64,000 nt of DNA from the human T2T-CHM13v2.0 reference genome, Homo sapiens, in NCBI RefSeq assembly GCF_009914755.1, contig NC_060925.1, one strand, 5' to 3'. The notes under the pieces are model-generated. The model did no database searches. It was not told where the DNA came from and saw only the letters and a program-made list of their open reading frames with translations. The translations under genes and the position numbers were made by a program. Below are positions 12,648 to 25,699 of the stretch, piece by piece (the stretch's first letter is position 1; every line of letters begins with the position of its first letter).

Positions 12648-15034
12648 GAGGGTCTAGAGTAGACTCCCAGGAAACTCCAACAGACCTGCAGCTGAGGGAC
12701 CTGACTGTTAGAAGGAAAACTAACAAACAGAAAGGAATAGTATCAACATCAACAAAAAGAACACCCACACCAAAACCCCATCTGTAGGTCACCATCATCA
12801 AAGACCAAAGGTAGATAAAATGACAAAGATCTGGAGAAACCAGAGCAGAAAAGCTGAAAATTCTAAAAACCAGAGCGCCACTTCTCCTCCAAAGGATTGC
12901 AGCTCCTTGCCAGCAATGGAACAAAGCAGGATGGAGAATGACTTTGACTAGTGACAGAAGTAGGATTCAAAAAGTCAGTAATAACAAACCTCTCTGAGCT
13001 AAAGGAGGATGTGCGAACGCATTGCAAGGTAGTTAAAACCTTGAAAAAAAAATTAGACAGATGGCTAACTAGAATAAACTGTGTAGAGAAGACCTTAAAT
13101 GACTTGATGGAGCTGGTCATCAAACCATAGCATGAGAACTACGTGATGCATGCACAGGATCGGTAGCCAATTCGATGAAGTGGAAGAAAGGGCATCAGTG
13201 ATTGAAGATCAAATTAATGAAATGAAATGAGAAGAGAATTTTAGAGAAAAAAAGAGTAAAAAGAAATGAACAAAACCTCCAAGAAATATGGGACTATGTG
13301 AAAAGACCAAATCTATGTTTGATTGGTATACCTGAAAGTGACAGGGAGAATGGAACCAAGCTGGAAAACACTTTTCAGGATATTATCCAGGAGAACTTCT
13401 CCAACCTAGCAAGGCAGGCCAACATTCAAATTCAGGAAAAACAGAGAAAACCACAAAGATACTCCTCGAGAAAAGCAACTCCAAGACACATAATTGTCAG
13501 ATTCACCAAAGTTGAAATGAAGGAAAAAATGTTAAGGGCAGCCAGAGAGAAAGGTCGGGTTACCCACAAAGGAAGCCCATCAGACTAACAGCAGATCTCT
13601 TGGCAGAAACCCTACAAGCTAGAAGAGAGTAAGAGGCCAATATTCAACATTCTTAAAGAAAAGAATTTTCAACCCAGAATTTCATATCCAGCCAAAGGAA
13701 GCTTCATAAGTGAAGGAGAAATAAAATCCTTTACAGACAAGCAAATGCTGAGAGATTTTGTCACCACCAGGCCTGCCTTACAAGAGCTCCTGAAGGAAGT
13801 ACTAAACATGGAAAAGAACAACCAGTACCAGCCACTGCAAAAACATGACAAATTGTAAAGACCATCAATGCTAGGAAGAAAGTGCATCAACTAACAGGCA
13901 AAATAACCAGCTAACATCAAAATGACAGGATCAGATTCACACATAACAATATTAACCTGAAATGTAAATGGGCTAAATGCCCCAATTAAAAAACACAGAC
14001 TGGCAAATTGGATAAAGAGTCAAGACCCATCAGTGTGCTGTATTCAGGAGACCCATCGCATGTGCAAAGACACACATAGGCTGAAAATAAAAGGATGGAG
14101 GAAGATCTACCAAGCAAATAGAAAGCAAAGAAAAGCAGGGGTTGCAATCCTAGTCTCTGATAAAACAGACTTTAAACCAACAAAGATCAAAAGAGACAAA
14201 GAAGGCCATTACATAATGGCAAAGGGATCAATTCAACAAGAAGAGCTAACTATCCTAAATACATATGTACCCAATACAGGAGCACCCAGATTCATAAAGC
14301 GAGTTCTTAGAGACCTAAAAAGAGACTTAGACTCCCATACAATCATAATGGGAGACTTTAACACCCCACTGTCAATATTAGACAGATCAATGAGACAGAA
14401 GCTTAAAAAAGATATCCAGGACTTGAACTCAGCTCCGCACCAAGCAGACCTAATTGACACCTACAGAATTCTCCACCCCACATCAACAGAATATACATTC
14501 TTCTCAGCACAACATCACACTTATTCCAAAATTGACCACATAGATGGAAGTAAAGCACTCTTCAGCAAATGTAAAAGAATAGAAATCATAACAAACTGTC
14601 TCTCAGACCACAGTGCAATCAAATTAGAACTCAGGATTAAGAAACTCACTCAAAACTGTGCAACTACATGGAAACTGAACAATCAGCTCCTGAATGACTA
14701 CTGGGTAAATAACGAAATGAAGGTGGAAACAAAGATGTTCTTTGAAACCAATGAGAACAAAGACACAACGTATCAGAATCTCTGGGACACATTTAAAGCA
14801 GTGTGTAGAGGGAAATGTATCGCACTAAATGCCCATAAGAGAAAGCAGGAAAGATCTAAAATCGACACCCTAACATCACAATTAAAAGAACTAGAGAAGC
14901 AAGGGCAAACAAATTCAAAAACTAGCAGAAGACAAGAAATAACTAAGATCAGAGCAGAACTGAAGGTGATAGAGGCACAAAAAACCCTTCAAAAAAATCA
15001 GTGAATCCAGGAGCTTGTTTTGTGAAAAGATCAG
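12648..15034 (+). mobile_element. L1PA internal fragment (end of 5' UTR, ORF1, ORF2 endonuclease region), no 3' end
   Basis: ORF1 (about 12829-13858) disrupted; ORF2 ATG at 13922, TGA at codon 13, then open to 15004 with EN motifs IQETH, GDFN, KIDH, SDH; 16-bp TSD at 12632-12647 and 15035-15050. Confidence 0.95.
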
Positions 15035-15274
15035 CAAGAAATTCCTGTTTAGCTAGTTCACCTGGCTCATCTGATTGCAAGTTCCTATCTTGACAGGACT
15101 ACAAAATTAAAACCAATACAAGGGCCACAAATAATGCACAACATTGTTAATAAGGACAATTTGTAGTTGGGTGAAAAGAAGAAATAGTTCTATACATCAC
15201 TTCCCCTTTTTCCCTAAATCTACAATCTCCTGGTGTCACTATTGAATTAACAGCCCACAATTCCATAGCATTAC

Positions 15275-15332
15275 CTGGGAAACACTGGCCCTTTTTCTTC
15301 CTCTTCCTCTTCCTCATCATCACTTTCATTTT
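15275..15332 (-). pseudogene. NBPF CON2 short exon, 58 nt (ENESDDEEEEEEEKGPVFPR)
   Basis: AG/GT intact; 6 nt longer than the other short exons. Confidence 0.88.
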
Positions 15333-15766
15333 CTGTAAATAAATTCAGAGAAGCAGGTCACATTAAGCAATTCACACTTCACATATGACCAAATCAGTGT
15401 TCAGTCATAGCACAAGGACATAACTATTCTCAGTGCAAGAATATGGATTCTGATAGGAATATTCTAGGGTGCCCTAGATTAAGTCTGATGAGAAGTAGAT
15501 GACCCTGCTTTCCAGACCCACAGGCCAAAATCTCCCTCTATGAGTAGACCATAATGCCATATTCCCTGCCTGAGTCTATGCAAAGTTAAACAAAATTTTT
15601 CCCAAAAAAATCTCCAAAAATTGCTCAAACAATTTTCTAGGAGTGTTGCTGCAATACTGACTTATATCCCCAGGTAACACGGACATTAAATGTTTAGAGG
15701 CATCTATACATGAAACTTGACTGATAGATAAATTTGAACAGCTCTTGCTTTAAAAAGGATCTGTGA

Positions 15767-16047
15767 TTTGGGAGGCTGAGGCAGGTGAATCATTTGAGGT
15801 CATGAGTTCAAGACCAGCCTGGCCAATATGGGAAAACCCCATCTCTACTAAAAATACAAAAACTAGCCATATGTGGTGGTGTGCACCTGCGGTCCCAGCT
15901 ACTCAGGAGGCTGAGGCAGGAGAATCACTTGAATCTGGGAGGCGGAGTTTGCACCAAGCCAAGATGGTGCCACTGCACTCCAGCCTGGGTGATAGAGTAA
16001 GACTCCAACGCAAAAAAAAAAAAAAATAATAATAATAATAATAATAA
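15767..16047 (+). mobile_element. 5'-truncated Alu with A/(AAT)n tail
   Basis: Alu consensus motifs and tail. Confidence 0.9.
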
Positions 16048-16642
16048 TCTATGATGCTACAAAGAAACATTGGATCAGCCATTGCATTGATGGGGTGGAG
16101 AACCAGGGTCCAGCCTTGCTTTATGGAAATATATCAGCAAAGTAAAGAAGAAAGTTTCCTTCCCGATTTCAAGGTGACTGTGCAAAGTAGCTAGGTAAGC
16201 TGACTTAAAGGAGATCGAGATTAAAGCTGAGAGCAGTGAAGCCTGGGGAACAATATTTCCAAATACACAGGAAAAGCTGCCAGCTTCCTTTAAAAGGCAT
16301 AGAAACTCCATGGACATTGTTTAGGGACAGATGGCCTAATCACAGGGGACAAGAGATACTGAGTCAAAGCTAGGAGGCCTGACAGATACTTCCTGTGCAC
16401 CTCCTGCACTCAGGTGACTATGAGATTGTCACACTTGCTTGGGGTCCAGTAACTTGATACTGGGGACTGGCAGACAAAGGCATGACATGAGATGAGAAGG
16501 ACACACAAACTCCCTGATATCTGTGTTTAGAATCCAATCGTAGTTTTTTATTCAAACCAATTTGTGTATATAGAGCCTGTCTTCAGAGTTTATCTTCCTC
16601 AGCCTAGAAAGAGGTATGAGACACAAGGAAAATAGAGGCTAC

Positions 16643-16848
16643 CTGGGATAATGTGTACAGCATCCTCTCATTCATCATGAGAGGATGAGTCAATGAGAGT
16701 TGGATCGACTTTATCTTCCTCAAATGTGATTTTGGTGTTCCTGTGAGGCTGGTTGGAGTCACAAGGGCCGTGGCTATTTGAACAAGTGACGGCACGTTCC
16801 TCCAGTGAGTCCTCAGGGACTTCCTTTTCTTCAGCCTTCTGCACCTCC
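16643..16848 (-). pseudogene. NBPF 206-nt CON1 long exon with premature TGA
   Basis: [67 protein letters not shown]; stop at 16668-70. Confidence 0.92.
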
Positions 16849-17309
16849 CTGATGAGCCAGGTGGGATCGAGATGACAGAAGATTAAACACAGAGAGATTG
16901 GACCCCAGGGAGTCCTAGCTGGTTTTGACAGGAGGCATGAGAGTGGTCCCAGAAAGCAACCAGGAGGTTCCCTTTAAGAGGGAACAGGCAATCCTCTTCT
17001 CTCTGCAAGAGAACATGGCCGCCAAAGGAGCCAGAGAGGAAGAGAGCAGCTGGTGTTCATTGCACTGGACAGATAGGAGCTGAGGTGGATGAAGACTCAG
17101 CTATCCCTGTATGGTACAGACATGACACTTGGCACACATAGAGAAACACGACAGATGCCACACTCTGTGTCTCAGCTGGGTTGAATTTCACATACTGTGG
17201 CCAAGGGAATGCAGGCTTTTGGCCCACTGTAGATGCCAGAGAGGGTGTGCCTTTTAAACCTTTTTCATGTGTTACCACCCATTACTTACTCCTGAGTATT
17301 CAGTGTTAC

Positions 17310-17382
17310 CTGGGGGCACATGATTCCTGTACTTTCTCAGCCTCCTCAACTTCAACATCTTTATCCTCATCTTCATCATTTT
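17310..17382 (-). pseudogene. NBPF 73-nt CON1 short exon
   Basis: ENDEDEDKDVEVEEAEKVQESCAPR; AG/GT intact. Confidence 0.92.
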
Positions 17383-18423
17383 CTGTAAATACAGAAGTGT
17401 TTGTTCAGCTATTTCCCACTTCACACTCTGCAAGACAGTCAGCCCAATGTACACAGAGACATGAACATCTAGTCATGGGTTACCGTTAAACTGAAAGCTC
17501 TCATGTTTTGTCTTTAACAAAATGCCCTGGAACGGTTTTCTGATCCATCAGGCAATGCATTTCTGATCTGGAGGGCCACCATCAAGATGTGGCCAAATAC
17601 TGAAAAGACTTTTTGCTCCCCATATCACTGGAGGCTTGTGCAGCCTCTCTCTGGACTTTGGCAACTGTCTCCCCCATCCCATCACAGATCTGATTCCCAG
17701 GCACAGGCTTGGTGTCTTGTCACAGTTCGCATTTTGAACCTAATTCTTTCTCTTAGGAGAGGACAAGCTTGTCCCACAGTGCTCTATGAATCAGGAGACT
17801 TCACAGGCCCTCCATGTGGCTTCTGCTGTGTGACATTCTCTCCATGGGGAGTGCTCCAGTCTGAAGCACTTCTTACCACCAAAAGCCCCTACATCAAGTG
17901 CCTTCTCCAACATGACAAGGCGAGGAGCTTCATCTCATTTTGAAAAGCAGTAGTAAGTGTTCCCACATTTGGATACTTCAGTCCCTTGCAAGAAACAATC
18001 TGTCTGCCTTTGCAGATGGTGAGAGACAAACTCAGGAAGGATAAATCACTCACTTACCGACAGTTACTAAGAACATTGCTGAAGAAACAGCATGGGAACC
18101 TTCATTCTTAGTCCAGAGCTCTTTTCACTCTAACAAGCGCCCTCCAGTCACAGCCTCCTTCCTGTCCTTTAAAACTAGACAGATGCTGCCTCTTGCTCCA
18201 AAGATCACCTTCCATCAAGGAAGAAGGGACACTTGCAATACTGTGACCTCCAACCCCATGGGTTTCCCATCTCTGTTCTTACCCAGGAAGTCCTGGTCAT
18301 GTCATGGCCACATATGTTTAGTGGAAAAAAACACCACCGATACAACTGTCATTGAAAGTATGGAGGTCTGGAGTCTCTCATAAGCCTGGGGTTTTGGGTC
18401 ATCAGGGCCTACGGTCACCTTAC

Positions 18424-18638
18424 CTGGGCTGAGCTTTTGGACAAGGTGCTGTGCCAGCCTACACCCCTCAGCCAGCTGTTCTTGGAGGTCCTGCCCCTAG
18501 GACTTGTCCCACTCATCCAGAGTGAGGAGGGCCTGGAGATGCTGATTCAATGAGTGGGAGGCATCTCTCCCTTCCTGTAACTTCTCCTGTAACTGGGTCA
18601 GCTCTCATTCCTGAGAGTGGACTGGGACTTTATATCAC
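18424..18638 (-). pseudogene. NBPF 215-nt coiled-coil exon with three stops
   Basis: [68 protein letters not shown]. Confidence 0.92.
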
Positions 18639-19483
18639 CTAAGGTTAGATAGTAGAGAAAATTTAACAGTGGAACTGGATGAGTGATCAGTTCTAATATT
18701 ATGACAGATTTCTGAGAGAATGTCCTCAAGGAGACCTCCACGCAGAAGGTCAACATACGTTTAAAGAAATGTCTGTGGCCAAGAAAAAGAATAAAAAATG
18801 GTTTACAGGCTTCCTCTATATCAGAGAGGGCTCCTGTAAGATCCTCGATGATGTTCCATTCATCTTTCTCTTCTGTAAACAAAAGTAGGTGTCTTCCTAA
18901 TTCAGTTTCAAAACAACATCCCTTCAGTTCCTCACTCTGACCAGGGAAATCTCCATGTGAAAATACACATAGTGCATCTTGCGGCGACTAGATACAAAGC
19001 CATGTACAGAAATGAGGCCAGGTGAAGATGGGGAGAATTGAAAAGACAAAAGAAGTAAAGAATGACAGGGTCGAGAAGGCAACATTGATTGAGTGAAAGA
19101 ATGAGAAGCAGCAGTCAGGAGGTGATTCTCACTTAGGGTAAGTAGGGAGGTGATGGCACACCATTTTGAGTATACTGAATGCTGCTGGGTTGTTCCCACT
19201 CCTTTGGTTAATTTTGTGTTATTCAAATTTCACCTCAACAATTACTTGTTTGAAAAAGAGAAAACAAGGCTCTGAGAAACAACTGCAACCCATAATTTAT
19301 TATTATCCTTGTTCTCTGTTTGATAAATATTTGTGTGTCAAGAGCCCTACCATGGCAATTCCTGCCTTTCCCCTGGCCCAGCTTAGCTCTTACTTCTCCC
19401 CACCGAGCTGCTGTACTTCAGAGCCTGCCTGCCCCATGGGGCCTGCCTGCCCCCACTTGCCTGCCCCCACGGGGACCCCTCAC

Positions 19484-19583
19484 CTGAGCTCCTCAGCTTG
19501 CCTGAGCTGCTCTGCAAGCTTCTCCTTGAACTGCAGCTCATTCCTCAGCAAAGATTTTATGAGGTCTTTGCACTCTTCACACT
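19484..19583 (-). pseudogene. NBPF coiled-coil exon, 100 nt
   Basis: [33 protein letters not shown]; AG/GT intact; one codon shorter than the family FKEEKL form. Confidence 0.9.
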
Positions 19584-20493
19584 CTGAGAAAAGACAGACA
19601 CGCCTGCCTCAGTGGAAGGCTGGACATGCTGCTGTGGTCACTGCCCACAGGGCAGGAGCCAGGTCCATCCCAAGGACAAAACTGTCCCCAGTACCAGGCC
19701 CTAGGAAGGGATTTCCACATCTTTATTCTTCAGTCTCCTGACTTTCTGGCATCTGATCCTCCAAAATTTAGGGACGAAGAAAGAGAAACTCAAGGGCACA
19801 TCAAGAAAGTTGACAAGATGATTCAACCACAATGAAGTGGAGTCAGAATTCACAGCCCCTGAGGTTTGACTCTGAATGCGGGGCCACTTTCCCAAGCCTT
19901 GCAGCCTCTCCTCTAAAACACTGCACTGGGGCATGAAGTAGTGATTTCTTGTACAGTCAGGAAGGCCCCCCAGGACTATGGGAATGATGGTTTCCCTTTT
20001 ACTGGGAATTTCAAGGACAAATATGTCAAAGATTTTTAAATCATATCTTCAGATATGATTTTAAGAATCATATCTGAAGCATAAAGTATGAGGCATAAGA
20101 CCATAAGGCCATGAAGGGAATACGCCCAAATGCTAATAAAGTTTGTGTTAATTTAGAAACAGTAGAATGAAGAAGTAATTGATAGTGTTTACTCTGTGCC
20201 AATAAATGTTCTAGGAGATTGGCAAGAAATAGCTCATGTAATTCATTGCAGCAATTTACAGAGGTAGGTATTATTGTCGTACCCTGTGAACAGATGAGGA
20301 AACTGAGGAACAGACTGAGGGACAGACAAGACAAGTAACTTGGATAGAGCCCAGGAGACAGGCCTAGGGTCCCTGCTCTGAACGCTGTACTTCTACTTCC
20401 ACACATTCTCAGGTGCGACCTTTCTTCTTCTTTGGGAGCAAGAGCCTGTGCCTCAGGAAGAAGGACTTCCCTCTCAACAGGGTACTCTCTACT

Positions 20494-20825
<332 letters not shown>

Positions 20826-21371
20826 CCTACTCCCTGCTCTTGATGCTGTCACTTATATATACCACATGTTCTATTAGGAGCAGACTGCTCTTGAAGCCCT
20901 TCAGAGCGGGTACTGGGTACTATCACCAAGTTTCCCTCAGGGTCACTAGAACAGAGCTTTGCCTATTGGGCCTCAACAGAAGCTTGAACTGAATAAAAGT
21001 TCACTTGTCCAGACATTTAGAACAACAGACTAGATGTTATTTGTCTGCAGGATCTTATATAGTACAGAGAGGATTCTTGAAAACATGATTTAGCCTCTTG
21101 GAGAAAACAGGTCATTCTGTGCCTGTGTCAGAAATCAATAACTGGGATTTTAACTCTAGTCCCACCCCCAGCTGACTGCTAACATGGAAAGTTGCTAAAT
21201 ACTTTGGTACCTCTGTCTTCCAAATTTAACAAAATGTTAAAATACCCATTTCTATTTTCTTAGATGTACGGGAAGGATGAAATTATTTTTGTTGGAGACA
21301 GCATTTAGTTTCTCAGAGAGAAGATAGGGCATTATTCATCACTTTTGTGATGGTGAGCCTATAGAACTTAT

Positions 21372-21580
21372 GGTATTTGTTCTGCCGGTTGGCCAGGAGT
21401 AGGCCACTTGAGTTACAAGAAATTTCTCTTTGATGATTCTGAACTGCTGTTTGTTCTCTGCCAGCTGGGGGCGCAATTTCTCATTGATTTCTAGAATGTT
21501 CTTTTCTGCCTTCTCACTGGATCAAGGGCTGGCAGACAACACCATGCTGACGTTTGTGGCAGAAGAGGTGGAGCCAGGGA
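21372..21580 (-). pseudogene. NBPF exon containing the family ATG (21545), disabled
   Basis: [60 protein letters not shown], then a 1-nt deletion; donor reads TACC|ATAAGT. Confidence 0.92.
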
Positions 21581-24500
21581 CTGGGGAGAAGAAACCCAAA
21601 CACATGATGGGTTAAAAACTGGTGAAATCCAATAGGTTTAATCAGGACTGAGGGATGTCAGTAACTGAAATTCTTAACTTACTATTGAGAAAAATGTGAT
21701 CACTCCCCACAGCACTTTAGGATCCTTCACCACAAAAACAAGGTTTGAGGTGCCTGAACTCAGAGCTGAAGGCACTCACTACCAGTAGCTCAGACTCTGA
21801 CAAAAGTAAGGAAGATTGTGGCCAGCGTGCCAGGTAACCGTCTGCAGTTGCAATAACAGAATTAGAAGATAGGGGTGTCATGGAATCTTAGGAGCTCTGC
21901 GTTGCAATTGCCCAGGCTTTGCTGAAACTCAGGCACCCTGGTCTCACCTGAGGGTCACCACCAATGAAGATTATTCCTTCAGCATTCACTCTCAGTATTC
22001 GTGTACCCCTGTGACAATGCCACAGACCCATCTCTTTCCCAATACATCTAAGCATATTCCTCACTGTTTATCTCTTGTCTGTACAACATCATCAAGGCAA
22101 ACAGTTTCCCAACAGGTTATATTTTCTTAATCGTAGTCATGAAGTCACCCCACCTGCTCTAAGTTAAAACAGAACTTAAGGCTTTTCCACAAGTCTAAGG
22201 TATCAAACTTTTAGCTTGCCCTGATGTCCTCTGGGTCTTCTGCAGTTTTTTCTGTATCCACTAGAAAGTGAATGAATAATCCATTTTTTAAAAATGTTTT
22301 CTTTCCTGTCTCGGTATTCTTCTTGCTGCATCCCATTGTTATGTTGATTCCTTTTTTTCTTACTGGGGCACCATCTTGGCTTTTCATTACACTCTAGACA
22401 AGTATGACATCCCTACATCCAAAACTCTTCCTCTGTGTGGGGTGATTTGTTTTTTAATGTCACTGAACACTACATTTTATACTTGTCACTTATGGATGTC
22501 ATTCTAGTGCTACAAGAGCTCTTTTCAAGGTATCAAGTGATCAAAATCATTTACATAGGGATCTCCTGAAAACATGTGTGACCATCTATCTTGGGAATTT
22601 TTGTAAACTGATGCTATTTTGTTGTTTCCATTTTGTTTTCCCATATACTGAAAAGAACAGGACCACGAGCAGTTCTTATGGAATATGGTTTGATATATTT
22701 TGTTGAGTTGGACTAATACCATTGATTTTTGGTTGCATTCCACTAACAGAACATGACAAGATCAAGGTTATGGTCAGGGTTGCTTGCTGATCCTCACTGT
22801 TGCTGTGCAGTAGAAGGTGAGTTTGAGGTGAAAGGCGTGAGTAGGAAAGAGTGATCCCCTGAACCACCTCCTCACTTTCTCAGCTTTCATCCCACCTAGG
22901 TTTTGTGAGCCTGGAACTTGGGAGAATGTTCTGTAGCCCAGGTCTCCTAAGATTGGCTGCTGGACTTGCCTGAGTTGAGGATGCAGTGGGTGTGAACCTG
23001 GGCTGCCCAGCATTCATGTGGAAGTGAAGGAAGGAGGACTGGATCAATCCCATTTGAAAGCATCCCTCCCTGCAGCCCGCACCATCCTCCAATGACACTA
23101 TGAGGACACTGCTTTGAGATGTATCAAAGGCTTTAAGTCAATGTATTTTCTGGGGTCTGGGAGACCTGACATTCTGTTTCAGAATGAAAATCTGTCAGGT
23201 TTATTCATTTTACAAATGATAAAACTGCAAGTTCACAAAGTTACATGGCTTACATGAGGTCACACAAAGATGAGTTTTCAGCACTGCCAATAAAAGCAAT
23301 CACAATAATTATTCAGTAATTATTCATAGAATCCATATAATTCGTAAACATTCACATAATTATTTAGTAATTATTCATTGACCAATTCATACAAGGCATT
23401 TTGCTCAAAACTGTGCTCATATTTGGACATTGTATCTTCATCATAATCCTTAAGGTAACGCTATTATCCGTAAGTAACAGGTAAGAAACCTGAAGAAGAG
23501 GAATAGCAAATCATGTATTTGGCCATATTTCCATTTTTTGGTTTTTGTGATGCTGGAAGAATGACCAGAATGAGTCACGGGAAGAATATTCATTCCTGTA
23601 TTATTCTCCAGGACAGAGGTGTGCTCTCCTAGAGTACTGGGGCCAAAATTCAGAAGTGTCCGCAACCTTGCTTTAACAGTATGGGAAATAACCTCTATCA
23701 CCTGGAATTTCCCTGGAACTTTGGAATATACAAGAGAAGTATGAGATTTGGGTCTTCCTTTGGCTGTGTTTAATTCACTCTTCTATGGAATACCAATGAT
23801 TCTCACTAAGACTTCTGCCTTTTTATAACCACAATGTATGTTATGGAGAAGATTTTATACTTTGCTCTATTTAGAAAGAATAAATATGAGCAATGGTTTA
23901 GGTTTTAGGTCCTGGACTTAATATTTTTCTGATTTCTGTTTTGAGATTAAATTCTCATGTAAATAGAAAAATACTTATTATTTCTTATAAGGCCAAGTTT
24001 GTTATTAGTTTGAGTTTTCAAAAATGAAGCACAAACTTTTGATTTTATCTTTGTCTGTCCCCATCAGCGCCACTCATTGTCTATCAGTATGACCTGGACT
24101 TGCCCCTGCACTTAACCTCATCCTGCTGAGCCATCTCCAAGCACTGTCCAATTCCGTCAGTGATTCTGGCTCCTCCCAAGGCTCCCTGAAATGGATGCAG
24201 GGATCAGGACATCAGACACATTCCAGACACAAAGGCAACCCAGACTGTAGAGCAGGCAGCTGTGTTCCCACTACCCTAATGTTCCAGTGATGTCCTAAAA
24301 CTGAAAGGAACACTTTCCCTTTTTAGGGGTCTGTTCTTCATGTCTCAATGCCTCTGGTCTAGTTAACACAACTGTTCTGTAAGTGAAAGAACTTGCTAAA
24401 TTTCTGGTTTCTTGTTAGGTGGCTAGAATAGGTTTATAAGACTTCCTTACTTACCCATGACTGCTGAAGTTTGAATTCTTAACAGTATGATTCTTTTTCT

Positions 24501-25303
24501 TGTAAGATGAGCAGTTTAGGAAAGATAGGCCATGTTGCTGTGCAAAAAGAGGTAAACTTAATTTCTACTCAAAGCATGCTTGAATTTGAAGCTAGGGCTT
24601 CCATTCTTCCAAAGTTGGACTGTCACTGCCTCAGGCATGTGTTCCGAAGGGCTTGTGTCTCTGCTGTACTCAAAATAAAGTTTAAATGGAGCCCAGCAAG
24701 CCAGATCTCCTTTAGTTCTAGGTTCCCACAACAGTTTCTCCTCTGCTTTAGAGACTGCATTGAAAATATTCTTGTTCTGCTGTTGTGTTTTGGCTTTGGA
24801 ATGATGTGATGCAGCTCAGTGGGTCCTACCCCCAAGTTGATCAGAGTAAGAAACACCTGGGAAAGTCAGTGCAAATACAAGTTCATTGTCCTCCTTGCAG
24901 GGATTTGGAATCAGAGGGCTCAGGTGAGGCCTGGAATGTGTCTGTTAACATGACTCAGATGTGCAGTCAATTTGGGGACCCACTGATAGCATCGACCTTA
25001 CAGTTTATGGGATGATTCTTTCTGTTTTGCTGATGAAAAAACTGAGGCACAGAGAGTCTGTAACTTTCCCAAGTTCCCCTTGCTGTAAGTCCTGGAGCCA
25101 GATATCAGGTGGAGCAGCCTCTTCCCCATCACCTTCCCACATTTTCAGCTGGGTCAGTTCTTTCCAAGTACGTGTTTCTCTCCCCTATACCTCATTTCTG
25201 AAAAAAGGAAAACTTCTAGAATGTAACTTCTTTCATCTAATACATTTCCTCAAAACTTGCTGCCAGCATCATATTCTGGCCACTTATTATTAAAGTGAGA
25301 TGC

Positions 25304-25601
25304 CTTTTTTTTTTTTTTTTTTTTTTGAGACAGGGTCTTGCTCTGTCGTCCAGGTTGGAGTTGGTGATTATAGATCACTGCAACCTCGAACTCCTGGGCT
25401 CAAGCGATCCTCCTGCCTCAGCTTTCCAAGTAGTTGGAACTCTAGGCACACATCACCATTTCTGGCTAATTTTTTATTTTTCATAGAGACAAGGTCTTGC
25501 TATGTTGCTCAGGCTGGTTTTGAACTTCTGGCCTCAAGTGATCCTCCCACCTAGGCCTCCAAAAGTGCTGGGATTACAGGAGTGAGTCACCAAGCCTGGC
25601 C
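25304..25601 (-). mobile_element. AluJ-like
   Basis: gagacagggtcttgctct and ctcctgggctcaagcgatcc AluJ motifs. Confidence 0.88.
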
Positions 25602-25699
25602 CCTGAAATGCTTTTTTTTTTAATTTTTTTTTTTAATGAAAATACAGGACATGGAGATGTGGAAAGACACCTTGCTTTATTACTGTTGTTATTATTATT

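Noticed and set aside
12648-12830. Idea that the L1 antisense promoter drives the open Olduvai exons
   Set aside because: The fragment begins late in the 5' UTR, downstream of where the antisense promoter lies
19166-19741. 191-aa + strand ORF
   Set aside because: Antisense shadow of an NBPF exon plus intronic repeat
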